A stretch of 8,372 bases of DNA from a virus (IMGVR_UViG_2519899564_000011:1-8372), one strand, 5' to 3'; counted from the first letter of the stretch, positions 1 to 6,720 are shown. Notes: generated from the letters alone by a model not told the origin. A program made the numbers and translations.

Positions 1-27
1 ATCACTCTCCATCGATGATTTTTTGGG

Positions 28-210
28 TTACCAATAATATTTGATAGTCGCCATAATTATCGGTAGCAACGCGCAGACAACTGAAAACCGTAAAACAAAA
101 CCTACTCCCAATATGCGATATCCATTATTCCAGAGAACAAAACTCATCATCAGAAGGAATCCATGAAAAATCGCGACAAGAAATAAACTACAAATAAATG
201 CATTTACCAT
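28..210 (-). CDS. small hydrophobic protein (60 aa, two predicted TM segments), hypothetical
   Basis: ATG at 210; GAGGGG about 10 nt upstream on the minus strand; product is mostly hydrophobic; AT-rich. No recognisable family. Confidence 0.3.
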   Translation of the reverse strand: MVNAFICSLFLVAIFHGFLLMMSFVLWNNGYRILGVGFVLRFSVVCALLPIIMATIKYYW

Positions 211-269
211 CGGTACTTACCCCTCGCTCTTAATCCAATAAAAAAGGGTTTGCTTCACTGAACACTCCT

Positions 270-455
270 TTATTTTTTATGCCTGTAACCCCATTCTTCC
301 AGCAACCTTGCGGCGTACCACCCAAGAAACAAAGGAAAGAACATTACAATGAGATATTCCCCGCCACGGTCAATGTTCGAAATTGACCAGATTACGATGT
401 AACCAGTGCAGGACAGGAATATTACAAACCCCAAAAAGCTACTTCTTCGACTCAT
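270..455 (-). CDS. small hydrophobic protein (about 61 aa), hypothetical
   Basis: The ORF track starts at a GTG at 461; I prefer the ATG at 455, which has AAGGAG 5 nt upstream. Two hydrophobic stretches. No recognisable family. Confidence 0.35.
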   Translation of the reverse strand: MSRRSSFLGFVIFLSCTGYIVIWSISNIDRGGEYLIVMFFPLFLGWYAARLLEEWGYRHKK

Positions 456-465
456 GCTCACTCCT

Positions 466-681
466 TCACTTTAAATCCAGACTCCGGATTATTCTGTTGC
501 GCTGAAACTCATTGTTGAGTTTGAACAACCGTCGAAGGACACGGTCACGCGGATAGCGTCGTGCAGCAGGTGAATGCTCATACAACTCATCAATCGGCAA
601 ACTGGACGATGAACGATACCGATACCAACGCACCAACTCTTCACGAAAATTAGCCCTGACAAGCTCAGCTATCGTACTCAT
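466..681 (-). CDS. hypothetical protein, nin-region position downstream of the replication genes
   Basis: ATG at 681 with GGAGG 9 nt upstream on the minus strand; 71 aa, basic, Arg-rich; lies immediately after a terminator-like hairpin that follows the helicase gene. Confidence 0.45.
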   Translation of the reverse strand: MSTIAELVRANFREELVRWYRYRSSSSLPIDELYEHSPAARRYPRDRVLRRLFKLNNEFQRNRIIRSLDLK

Positions 682-710
682 TTCTTAAAGCCTCCAATTC
701 CCTCTCCCCC

Positions 711-742
711 AAATAAAAAGGCCTGCGATTACCAGCAGGCCT
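711..742 (-). terminator. intrinsic terminator after the helicase gene (tR2-like position)
   Basis: Inverted repeat AGGCCTGC (719-726) / GCAGGCCT (735-742) with an 8-nt loop; on the minus strand it is followed by TTTTTATTT (revcomp of 710-718). Confidence 0.5.
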
Positions 743-767
743 GTTATTAGCTCAGTGATGTAGATGG

Positions 768-2144
768 TCATACGTCAGCCCCTTGTGCATATCGTCTGCC
801 ACGCGAAGCAGGTGCATTTGATGCTGTGCAAATCTGTCTGGCTTCATCCTGGTCACATGCAACAAAGTGTCCGTTACAGAACCGCTGGTAAACCGTACCA
901 AGTGGGCCAAACCGGTTTTTCGTCACAATGATTTCAGCAAATGGTGCGGCGCTACTGTTCTCGTCATATACCGCTTCCCGATAGAGCATGATGATTGAGT
1001 CTGCGTCCTGCTCAATGCTTCCTGAATCACGCAAATCTGCGTTTGTCGGGCGTTTGTTTGGTCGCTTCTCAACATCGCGCGAAAGCTGACTTAGGGAGAT
1101 AACAGGCGTTTTCAGGTCTTTCGCCATCGCCTTCAGGCTTCCTGAGATGTGAGCAATTGCGAGGTCGTTGCGGTCTGCTTTCGGCTTCTCAATCAGGCCA
1201 AGATAATCCGCCATGATGAGTGACAGGTTTGGATTTTCCTGTTTGTTCCGCTCTGCGATTGAGCGAATTTCTTCTACCGATAACCGCGAGGCATCGACTA
1301 CCCATACATCCAAATCTGCAAGCTGACTCATGCCGTTAGCAACACGCGCCCAGCCTTCGTCATCCATCGATGCAGGATTTCGCAGTACGCTAACCGACAT
1401 CCTCCCGGCGTTGGCAATGCTCCGCTCTGCAATCTGCAATGCGCTCATTTCCATCGAGAAAATCAACACTCCGCGCCGGACGTCAGAACCAGGAATAACG
1501 CGGCTTGCAACACCTTCGGCAATCTTCAGCGCCAGTTCGGTTTTCCCCATACCAGGACGAGCGGCGATAATCACCAGGTCTTCCGCGTTCATCCCTCCGG
1601 TGATGGCGTCAAGTTCTTCGATTCCGGTCTTCAGGGTATCTGACTCTTCTCCGTTCCTCAGACGCCTGTCAAGCGTGTCAGTGTAGTCAGTGATGATTTC
1701 CCCTAACCGTACAGGTTTAACCTCGTCACGGGGCTTTCTGATGGCTGAGAGACGCTTTACAAGCTCGTCCATCGCCTGACTCGATGTATCGATGGTTCCG
1801 CTCTGAATTGGTTCACGCATTTCGTCCATGATTTCCAGCACCAGACGGCGGTGATAGTTATCCGCGACCATTCCGGCATATCCCTTCAGGTTTGCGGCAC
1901 TCGGGCAGTTTTTGCTGGTCATCAGGATTGACGTGAAATGCTCCTCTCCGCACGCCTCGGCAACCATCAGCGCGTCGATTAGGTTTCTGTTTCTCGCCTG
2001 CTTACGGATAACTTCGAAGGCTTTCCGGTAGAGCGGAATTGAAAACGCTTCCGGCTCCAGCGTTGCCAGAACGTCGCTGGCGGTTGGTGTTAATCCACCA
2101 ATCAGCAAGCCACCGATAACGCTCGCTTCGATATCCTGTCTCAT
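768..2144 (-). CDS. replicative DNA helicase, DnaB family (phage P22 gene 12-like, lambda P position)
   Basis: 458-aa ORF; Walker A motif ARPGMGKT; DnaB-like N-terminal domain and RecA-fold C-terminal region; start codon overlaps the upstream O-like stop (ATGA at 2141-2144). Confidence 0.9.
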   Translation of the reverse strand: MRQDIEASVIGGLLIGGLTPTASDVLATLEPEAFSIPLYRKAFEVIRKQARNRNLIDALMVAEACGEEHFTSILMTSKNCPSAANLKGYAGMVADNYHRRLVLEIMDEMREPIQSGTIDTSSQAMDELVKRLSAIRKPRDEVKPVRLGEIITDYTDTLDRRLRNGEESDTLKTGIEELDAITGGMNAEDLVIIAARPGMGKTELALKIAEGVASRVIPGSDVRRGVLIFSMEMSALQIAERSIANAGRMSVSVLRNPASMDDEGWARVANGMSQLADLDVWVVDASRLSVEEIRSIAERNKQENPNLSLIMADYLGLIEKPKADRNDLAIAHISGSLKAMAKDLKTPVISLSQLSRDVEKRPNKRPTNADLRDSGSIEQDADSIIMLYREAVYDENSSAAPFAEIIVTKNRFGPLGTVYQRFCNGHFVACDQDEARQICTASNAPASRGRRYAQGADV

Positions 2145-2962
2145 GCAATCCCCCTGTCTGCAAACTTCCCTTCCCGAACTCCCGTTAACGAGTCTTCCCT
2201 CAGCAGGTAATCAAAATCTGCCGTCCAGCCCGTGTCGTTGTCTCCGAAGTAAAACGGCTTGGCCTGATGCACAAACGCCCTGACATACGCTCTGAAACCG
2301 TCCACGTTTGGCGTTTTCAGTTGCGGGATGATTTTCTTCAGGCGGCGTTTTCGTTTCTCGTTGACCGCAACAGCGTGTGGAAGTCTGTCACCGACTTCGG
2401 TGTTGTAGGCGTTCAGGAAGGATTCGTAGTCGATTCGTTCTGCCTTGCGACGTTCAGGTTTAACCTGCCCATCGCCGCCCCCGTTAGGGGGTAAGGGGGT
2501 ATTTGTATTTATTGTCTTTTGTATATTGTCTTTTGTGTTTAGCTGACTTGGCTTATACCCATTAGCCGACTCGGCTAATGTTTTATTAGCTGTTTTAGCT
2601 AATGTTAAGCTGTCCTGGCTAATCCACTGAGAAACCACCTTGTTCACTCCGATTTTCACGCCATCAGCAATGAGGAATTTACGCTCAATAAGCTGGCGCT
2701 TGGCAGCGCAAACATGAGTGTGATGAATACCTGTCATGGCTGCTATCTGCGTGTTTGTGAGTCGATCCATCGGCTTATTGAATCCGTATGTCTTGCGCAT
2801 GATAGCGAGCATCACCTTCATCTGCCGGACGGTTAAATCAGCCATCAGCAGACTGTCGATAATCTCGTTAGCAACGCGCATGAAACCATCTTCGGTATCT
2901 GCCACGCGATGCTCCACGACCTCCAGTTGAGGCCTGTAATCAGCTAACTTAACGACGCCCAT
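2141..2962 (-). CDS. replication initiation protein, lambda O-like
   Basis: 273 aa; N-terminal region ([31 protein letters not shown]) resembles lambda O as I recall it (LTKRQFKVLLAILRKTYGWNKPMDRITDSQL); an iteron array and AT-rich tract sit inside the gene as in lambda ori. Confidence 0.85.
   Translation of the reverse strand: MGVVKLADYRPQLEVVEHRVADTEDGFMRVANEIIDSLLMADLTVRQMKVMLAIMRKTYGFNKPMDRLTNTQIAAMTGIHHTHVCAAKRQLIERKFLIADGVKIGVNKVVSQWISQDSLTLAKTANKTLAESANGYKPSQLNTKDNIQKTINTNTPLPPNGGGDGQVKPERRKAERIDYESFLNAYNTEVGDRLPHAVAVNEKRKRRLKKIIPQLKTPNVDGFRAYVRAFVHQAKPFYFGDNDTGWTADFDYLLREDSLTGVREGKFADRGIA
2497..2623 (-). repeat. origin of replication inside the O-like gene: four iterons plus AT-rich tract
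   Basis: Four roughly 19-bp repeats with internal dyad symmetry TTAGC-N7-GCTAA at about 2538-2556, 2561-2579, 2585-2603 and 2603-2622; adjacent AT-rich tract 2497-2540 containing ATTGTCTTTTGT twice; GC hairpin CCCCCGTTAGGGGG at 2476-2489. Confidence 0.6.
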
Positions 2963-3110
2963 GTTTCACTCCTGCTTTGGCTAGTCTGTAAACACCAACA
3001 AGGCGCTCTGCGAACGCCCTGTTATTTGCTGCGGCTACCACTAATCCCTCAGGTGAATCAGGGTGTCGAATCTCTTCTTTTTCCTGGTATTTCTTACGAC
3101 GTTTTGTCAT
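2949..3110 (-). CDS. small basic hypothetical protein (53 aa) between cII and O
   Basis: Not in the ORF track (under 60 aa). ATG at 3110 with AGGAG 5-6 nt upstream on the minus strand; product [53 protein letters not shown]; stop overlaps the O-like start. Confidence 0.35.
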   Translation of the reverse strand: MTKRRKKYQEKEEIRHPDSPEGLVVAAANNRAFAERLVGVYRLAKAGVKHGRR

Positions 3111-3145
3111 AATTACTCCTGTGGATTGATACAGTCTTTCTACAA

Positions 3146-3424
3146 TCAGGCCTCAAAACTGTTGCCGCAGTCTTGAGGCTTTTCTTTTGTCAGCACCATG
3201 GCTACTTTCTTTGCCAGCTCCGCTAATTCCTCGTCTTCAACACCCCACTCCAGCACAGCCAGAAGCATGGCCATCTTTGGGATAAAGCTGTCTTTCCATC
3301 GCGAAATTTGCGATTCATTGATCCCTAATGCATCAGCAACCTTTCGCTGACCACGTACAGCAATTCGATTCAGGATGTTGCTTGTAATTGCATTCGCTTT
3401 CTTGCGAGTACTTGTAAGTTCCAT
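3146..3424 (-). CDS. cII: transcriptional activator CII
   Basis: From the ATG at 3424 (AAGGAAA about 9 nt upstream) the product contains GINESQISRWKDSFIPKMAMLLAVLEWGV, close to lambda CII as I recall it (GVDKSQISRWKRDWIPKFSMLLAVLEWGV). The ORF-track start at 3511 is rejected because it runs through nutR. Confidence 0.85.
   Translation of the reverse strand: MELTSTRKKANAITSNILNRIAVRGQRKVADALGINESQISRWKDSFIPKMAMLLAVLEWGVEDEELAELAKKVAMVLTKEKPQDCGNSFEA
3148..3189 (+). terminator. plus-strand intrinsic terminator antisense to the cII 3' end (oop-RNA-like)
   Basis: Stem GCCTCAA (3150-3156) / TTGAGGC (3173-3179) followed by TTTTCTTTTG (3180-3189) on the plus strand, while cII is on the minus strand ending at 3146. 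Confidence 0.5.
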
Positions 3425-3481
3425 ATGTAAGTATTTCCTTAACAAATAAGAAGTTATGCGCATCAACTTATGCGCGTTGTA

Positions 3482-3526
3482 TTCCCGCATTTCGGCGGGA
3501 ATGAGGACCATGACTGTTAAAGAGCG
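3482..3526 (-). promoter_or_regulatory. nutR (boxA plus boxB) between cro and cII
   Basis: Minus-strand CGCTCTTTAACA (revcomp of 3515-3526) matches the boxA consensus; minus-strand TCCCGCCGAAATGCGGGAA (revcomp of 3482-3500) is a 5-6 bp stem-loop and is identical to the boxB candidate at 5223-5241. Confidence 0.7.
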
Positions 3527-3533
3527 GTGTTAC

Positions 3534-3758
3534 TTATGCTGCCTGATTCGGTTTTGGAAACAGGTGTGGCAAATCGGGGCGAATTTCGTAAGCCTTGATC
3601 TGCCCTCCAGTGGCGTTAACGATGGCGGTAACTTTCTCTGGAGAGACCAACCCGCCTTTCAGCCATTTGTGTACTGCTGGCTGCGTTACACCACACTTGT
3701 CGGCAAGGCGCTTTTGGCTACCGACAATTTTCAAGGCTCGTTGAATTACTAAATTCAT
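3534..3758 (-). CDS. cro: Cro-like HTH repressor
   Basis: First gene leftward from the operator region, divergent from cI; HTH-like segment GSQKRLADKCGVTQPAVHKWLK; preferred start ATG at 3758 has AGAGGT 6 nt upstream, whereas the ORF-track start at 3779 has no SD. Confidence 0.7.
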   Translation of the reverse strand: MNLVIQRALKIVGSQKRLADKCGVTQPAVHKWLKGGLVSPEKVTAIVNATGGQIKAYEIRPDLPHLFPKPNQAA

Positions 3759-3789
3759 GAGCATACCTCTTGTGGTCATTACTTATAAC

Positions 3790-3860
3790 CAAAGATAACT
3801 CAAGTTATAAAAAATAGCAATAACCTTTGTTATTTTACTTTGGATAACCGTAGTTATAGA
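3790..3860. promoter_or_regulatory. OR operator region with divergent promoters (PR leftward, PRM rightward)
   Basis: Three 14-bp palindromes ATAAC-N4-GTTAT at 3795-3808, 3820-3833 and 3844-3857, spaced about 24-25 bp. Candidate PR on the minus strand: -35 TTGCTA (3820-3815), 17-bp spacer, -10 TATCTT (3797-3792). Confidence 0.65.
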
Positions 3861-3869
3861 TTTGTGGGT

Positions 3870-4577
3870 ATGAAAACATTCGCAGAAAGACTAAATGCAG
3901 CCATGAGCTCAGCAGGGGTATCACAATCACAGCTTGCTGACATGGTTGGAATATCTCAGCCAGCCATACAGAAGATGTCGTCCGGTAAAACAAACGGATC
4001 TCGCAAGATGGTTGAATTAGCCAATGCTTTAAAAGTGCGCCCTGAATGGCTTAGTTCTGGTATTGGTGAAATGAGGGATGGTGCACATGAAGAACCATCC
4101 AATGTCCGTGATTCATCTTTAAAAGCTGTGGTATGGGAAGACATTAAAAGAAACGATGACGAGTTTGTTGCGTTGCCTCTTCTTAACGTTTCGCTTTCAG
4201 CTGGAAGCGGTAGCTGCGAGCTAGAGGAATCATCGGAGTTCTCTTTGGTTTTCAGAAAGCACTATCTGAAAAAGATGGGAGTATCTGAAAGATCAGCCAA
4301 GCTAGTTAGGGTTGTAGGGCAAAGCATGGAACCAACGCTTCACGATGGCGATGTTGTTGGTGTTAACACGCAAGATACCACAATCAGAGATGGTAAAACC
4401 TACGCTATTTGCCAGTCTGATTTGTTACGAGTAAAAACATTAATCGCCACCCCTACATCGGTGATAATCAGATCAATAAATCGCGAAGAGTACCCGGATG
4501 AAGTAATGGATAGAGATGAATTTCATGAAACCGTAAGGATTATTGGCAGAGTATTCTGGTCGTCTCATAGTTGGTAA
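3870..4577 (+). CDS. cI: CI repressor (N-terminal HTH, C-terminal S24 LexA-like autopeptidase domain)
   Basis: HTH region QSQLADMVGISQPAIQKM; Ala-Gly candidate cleavage site in LSAGSG; Ser in GQSMEP and Lys in LRVKT fit the LexA/cI catalytic dyad. ATG at 3870 preferred over the ORF-track TTG at 3840, which lies inside an operator. Confidence 0.85.
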   Translation: MKTFAERLNAAMSSAGVSQSQLADMVGISQPAIQKMSSGKTNGSRKMVELANALKVRPEWLSSGIGEMRDGAHEEPSNVRDSSLKAVVWEDIKRNDDEFVALPLLNVSLSAGSGSCELEESSEFSLVFRKHYLKKMGVSERSAKLVRVVGQSMEPTLHDGDVVGVNTQDTTIRDGKTYAICQSDLLRVKTLIATPTSVIIRSINREEYPDEVMDRDEFHETVRIIGRVFWSSHSW

Positions 4578-4617
4578 CCGATAATCAGAAGAAGACTTAC
4601 GGAAGTGCGGAGGGATA

Positions 4618-4914
4618 ATGGAATTTCTGATAGTTTTTGTTGTTGTTTTGGTCATCATTCTTTTTGTTTTGCTAAGCATTAGTAAAAAGCTATCTCAAAT
4701 GATTGAACATAGCTCTAATCGTGCAAAAGAAGAAGAGCATATAATTGATATAAAAGAGATTCTCTCTGATATAAAAATCACATTAGATGAAATAAAATAC
4801 ACAACAGATCTAATTGAACAGTATAAAATACCAACCCCAAACGAGAGAAAAGCAATAGATCAATATCGTATTGACTTAGAAATCGACGAAATGCTAAGCA
4901 AAAGAAAAGACTAA
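4618..4914 (+). CDS. hypothetical single-pass membrane protein in the rex position (cI-linked moron)
   Basis: ATG at 4618 with GGAGGG 5 nt upstream; 98 aa with an N-terminal hydrophobic helix (LIVFVVVLVIILFVLLSI) and a charged helical C-terminal region; strongly AT-rich; about 40 nt after the cI stop and followed by a strong terminator. Confidence 0.55.
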   Translation: MEFLIVFVVVLVIILFVLLSISKKLSQMIEHSSNRAKEEEHIIDIKEILSDIKITLDEIKYTTDLIEQYKIPTPNERKAIDQYRIDLEIDEMLSKRKD

Positions 4915-4919
4915 AAACA

Positions 4920-4946
4920 CCCGGCCTCAGCGCCGGGTTTTCTTTT
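4920..4946 (+). terminator. intrinsic terminator ending the cI-moron transcript
   Basis: GC-rich stem CCCGGC (4920-4925) / GCCGGG (4932-4937) followed by TTTTCTTTTCC. Confidence 0.7.
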
Positions 4947-5067
4947 CCTGCCGTTCACCACCCAATCAACCATCCTCATCATAGACAAGCATCAAGCCAA
5001 AGGTAACACCTTCACCCCGCACGCAAGCCCTCAAACACCAATCAATCAGCAACATTTACAAAAATAA

Positions 5068-5153
5068 AATACCTTTGTTATCCATCACTTATAACCTATT
5101 CACCATAAAATATAAATTAGGTTATTGACCACACCTATAACCTAAGTTATCTT
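5068..5153 (+). promoter_or_regulatory. OL operators and PL promoter
   Basis: ATAACCTAAGTTAT (5137-5150) is a perfect match to the OR palindrome; ATAAATTAGGTTAT (5112-5125) has one mismatch; a degenerate copy sits at 5068-5081. Candidate PL: -35 TTGACC (5125-5130), 17-bp spacer, -10 TATCTT (5148-5153), the same -10 hexamer as the PR candidate. Confidence 0.6.
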
Positions 5154-5199
5154 TAAGCCATCAGCAGGACGCTGGAAGCCAAACGGAACAGATTGGCAG

Positions 5200-5241
5200 G
5201 CTCTTTAACATTGATGGGATTGTCCCGCCGAAATGCGGGAA
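5200..5241 (+). promoter_or_regulatory. nutL (boxA plus boxB)
   Basis: GCTCTTTAACA (5200-5210) matches boxA; TCCCGCCGAAATGCGGGAA (5223-5241) is a stem-loop identical to the nutR boxB; located between PL and N. Confidence 0.7.
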
Positions 5242-5347
5242 CCAAAGAGTAGTTGGCTTTGGGGTGACGTGAAGTGCAGCTGCAAGACGGCAACCGGAAG
5301 ATAAGCACGCGGCGCGTCACCGCCAAAGTCAATCATCGGAGGTCAAC

Positions 5348-5620
5348 ATGACAGTAGTCATTACATATCTGGCTGACGATAACGCCAGAAATCGCCGCAG
5401 AGCACGCAGACAGGCTCAACGTGAACAGGCAATGCAAGAACAGCGATTGGCACGAAAAATTGCGCTAAAGCTCTCTGGTTGCGTCAGAGCAGATAAAGCA
5501 GCATCACTCGGAAGCCTTCGCTGCAAGAAGGCAGATGAATGCAGTGGAAGTATTTGCCTGCCAAACGTAGCCATTTACGCGGCAGGCTACCGGAAATCAA
5601 AACAACTGACGGCGAGGTAA
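5348..5620 (+). CDS. N: antitermination protein N (P22 gp24-like)
   Basis: First gene after PL/nutL; GGAGG 5 nt upstream of the ATG; N-terminal arginine-rich motif NARNRRRARRQAQREQ; C-terminal LPNVAIYAAGYRKSKQLTAR resembles the P22 gene 24 product as I recall it. Confidence 0.8.
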   Translation: MTVVITYLADDNARNRRRARRQAQREQAMQEQRLARKIALKLSGCVRADKAASLGSLRCKKADECSGSICLPNVAIYAAGYRKSKQLTAR

Positions 5621-5622
5621 TT

Positions 5623-5802
5623 ATGGGTCAGGAAGAAAAATATGAGCTTAAAAAGCTCATTGGAGAAGACGCCATAGAAGAAATTGCAGCATTAACAACA
5701 GCTATAAAGAATATTAGGTATGCGCTAAATACGCTTATCTCCTCATGCGACAAAAATAGCAGGGAATTTTTTGATACTTGGCGCAGCTCTAGGAATAGTT
5801 GA
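5623..5802 (+). CDS. small hypothetical protein (59 aa)
   Basis: ATG at 5623 sits 2 nt after the N stop, with GAGG 5 nt upstream. The ORF-track version (5539) starts inside N and is probably over-extended. No recognisable family. Confidence 0.4.
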   Translation: MGQEEKYELKKLIGEDAIEEIAALTTAIKNIRYALNTLISSCDKNSREFFDTWRSSRNS

Positions 5803-5986
5803 TGCGGCAACGCTTCACCTAATTACTCATGACGATATTCTTATTGAGCCGTATGAAACATTACTGCTTGTCAGGCAAAAAATGGCTGATGCCGCAGCAA
5901 ATGGAGACCTTCAACTTTACATCGACTTAAGGAAAGTATTAAGGCGAATGGTCAAAACTGAAGGAGATATCCCCCTGACAAAGTAA
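5771..5986 (+). CDS. small hypothetical protein (TTG start; alternative ATG at 5879)
   Basis: The ORF-track start is TTG with AGGGAA 4-5 nt upstream; the only in-frame ATG is at 5879. AT-rich; start uncertain. Confidence 0.3.
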   Translation: MILGAALGIVDAATLHLITHDDILIEPYETLLLVRQKMADAAANGDLQLYIDLRKVLRRMVKTEGDIPLTK

Positions 5987-6016
5987 GGGGGTGAAGAGGC
6001 CATTTCAGGAATAAAA

Positions 6017-6511
6017 TTAATAATTTGTCAGCGGCGGTACATATACAGGCTTAGGGTCTGGCGCTCTATACATCCGGTATTCATTCTTACAGCGAGGACA
6101 TGAATGCACAAAGAACCCATTAGATTTTATAGTAACCGTGCTTGGTTGAAGTATCGATATTTTATGTTCGCCGAAGCAATGTGCACAAAGGTTATGCTGC
6201 TGAATAGAAGGATCGGAATGACTCTTAGGTCGATACACGACAGAACCACCTTCAGTTGTATGAAGTTCATAATTCTCAGCTTGCACAACAAACATCTTGA
6301 TTTTTCTATTTTCATCTCGAAGCTTCATTGCGATCTCCTTCTCGGCCTGATAAAGGCCAGAGAGCTCCGCATTAAGCATCTGTAAGTCAGTTATTCTTTG
6401 GTGTAGATCACCAATAGCTTTAGCGATAACAGCATCGTCTCTGGTTTCTTTTATTGTCTTCAGCAGATCATAAGCCTGTTTCGCGGCAGTTATACCAGAT
6501 AACACATCCAT
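6017..6511 (-). CDS. hypothetical coiled-coil plus C-terminal zinc-ribbon protein, antisense to the PL operon
   Basis: 164 aa, ATG at 6511; N-terminal half is heptad-like and charged; C-terminal CAHC...(26 aa)...CPRC pair looks like a zinc ribbon; AT-rich; the only minus-strand gene in the early-left region, with a repeat-rich upstream region. Confidence 0.6.
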   Translation of the reverse strand: MDVLSGITAAKQAYDLLKTIKETRDDAVIAKAIGDLHQRITDLQMLNAELSGLYQAEKEIAMKLRDENRKIKMFVVQAENYELHTTEGGSVVYRPKSHSDPSIQQHNLCAHCFGEHKISILQPSTVTIKSNGFFVHSCPRCKNEYRMYRAPDPKPVYVPPLTNY

Positions 6512-6720
6512 ATAAATTACTCTCTTACTGTAGGGGTAAGAGGATTTTACTATTTTTCTCGCTGTAGGGGTACACGAGAACCACCGAGCCTGATGTGGTT
6601 AAAAGACAGGCATACGAATAAACACTGCACTGTGTATTCATTCCAACGAGTGAATACACGGAGCAATGTCGCTCGTAACTAAACAGGAGCCGACTTGTTC
6701 TGATTATTGGAAATCTTCTT

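Noticed and set aside
1330-1686. Plus-strand 118-aa ORF inside the helicase gene
   Set aside because: Entirely antisense to a high-confidence DnaB-family CDS; Ser/Pro/Ala-rich shadow-frame composition.
2267-2930. Plus-strand ORFs 2267-2494 and 2736-2930
   Set aside because: Antisense shadows within the O-like gene.
3146-3511. ORF-track 121-aa version of cII starting at 3511
   Set aside because: The N-terminal extension runs through the nutR boxA/boxB elements and lacks an SD; the ATG at 3424 has a good SD and gives a CII-sized 92-aa protein.
3456-3752. Plus-strand 98-aa ORF across cro and nutR
   Set aside because: Antisense to cro and overlapping the nut site; no SD.
3534-3779. ORF-track cro start at 3779
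   Set aside because: No SD upstream; the in-frame ATG at 3758 has AGAGGT at proper spacing.
3840-4577. ORF-track cI start at TTG 3840
   Set aside because: The TTG lies inside the operator array; the ATG at 3870 gives a protein of lambda-cI-like length and is consistent with a near-leaderless PRM transcript.
3956-4679. Minus-strand ORFs 3956-4144 and 4473-4679
   Set aside because: Antisense shadows within cI and across the cI/moron junction.
5262-5321. 7-bp inverted repeat GGTGACG / CGTCACC in the N leader
   Set aside because: Could be an RNase III-type processing stem as in the lambda N leader, but the arms are short and about 45 nt apart, so it may be chance.
5539-5810. Extended 87-aa plus ORF from 5539 and minus ORF 5628-5810
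   Set aside because: The first begins inside N with no independent support; the second is antisense to the small ORF after N. The ATG at 5623 with an SD is preferred.
5971-5991. Hairpin CCCCCT-N9-AGGGGG after the 71-aa ORF
   Set aside because: No T-tract on either strand, so not a convincing intrinsic terminator.
6104-6385. ORFs 6104-6385 (plus) and 6127-6315 (minus) within the 164-aa gene region
   Set aside because: Shorter, overlapping frames in AT-rich sequence; the 164-aa frame is the longest, has an ATG and a coherent domain architecture.
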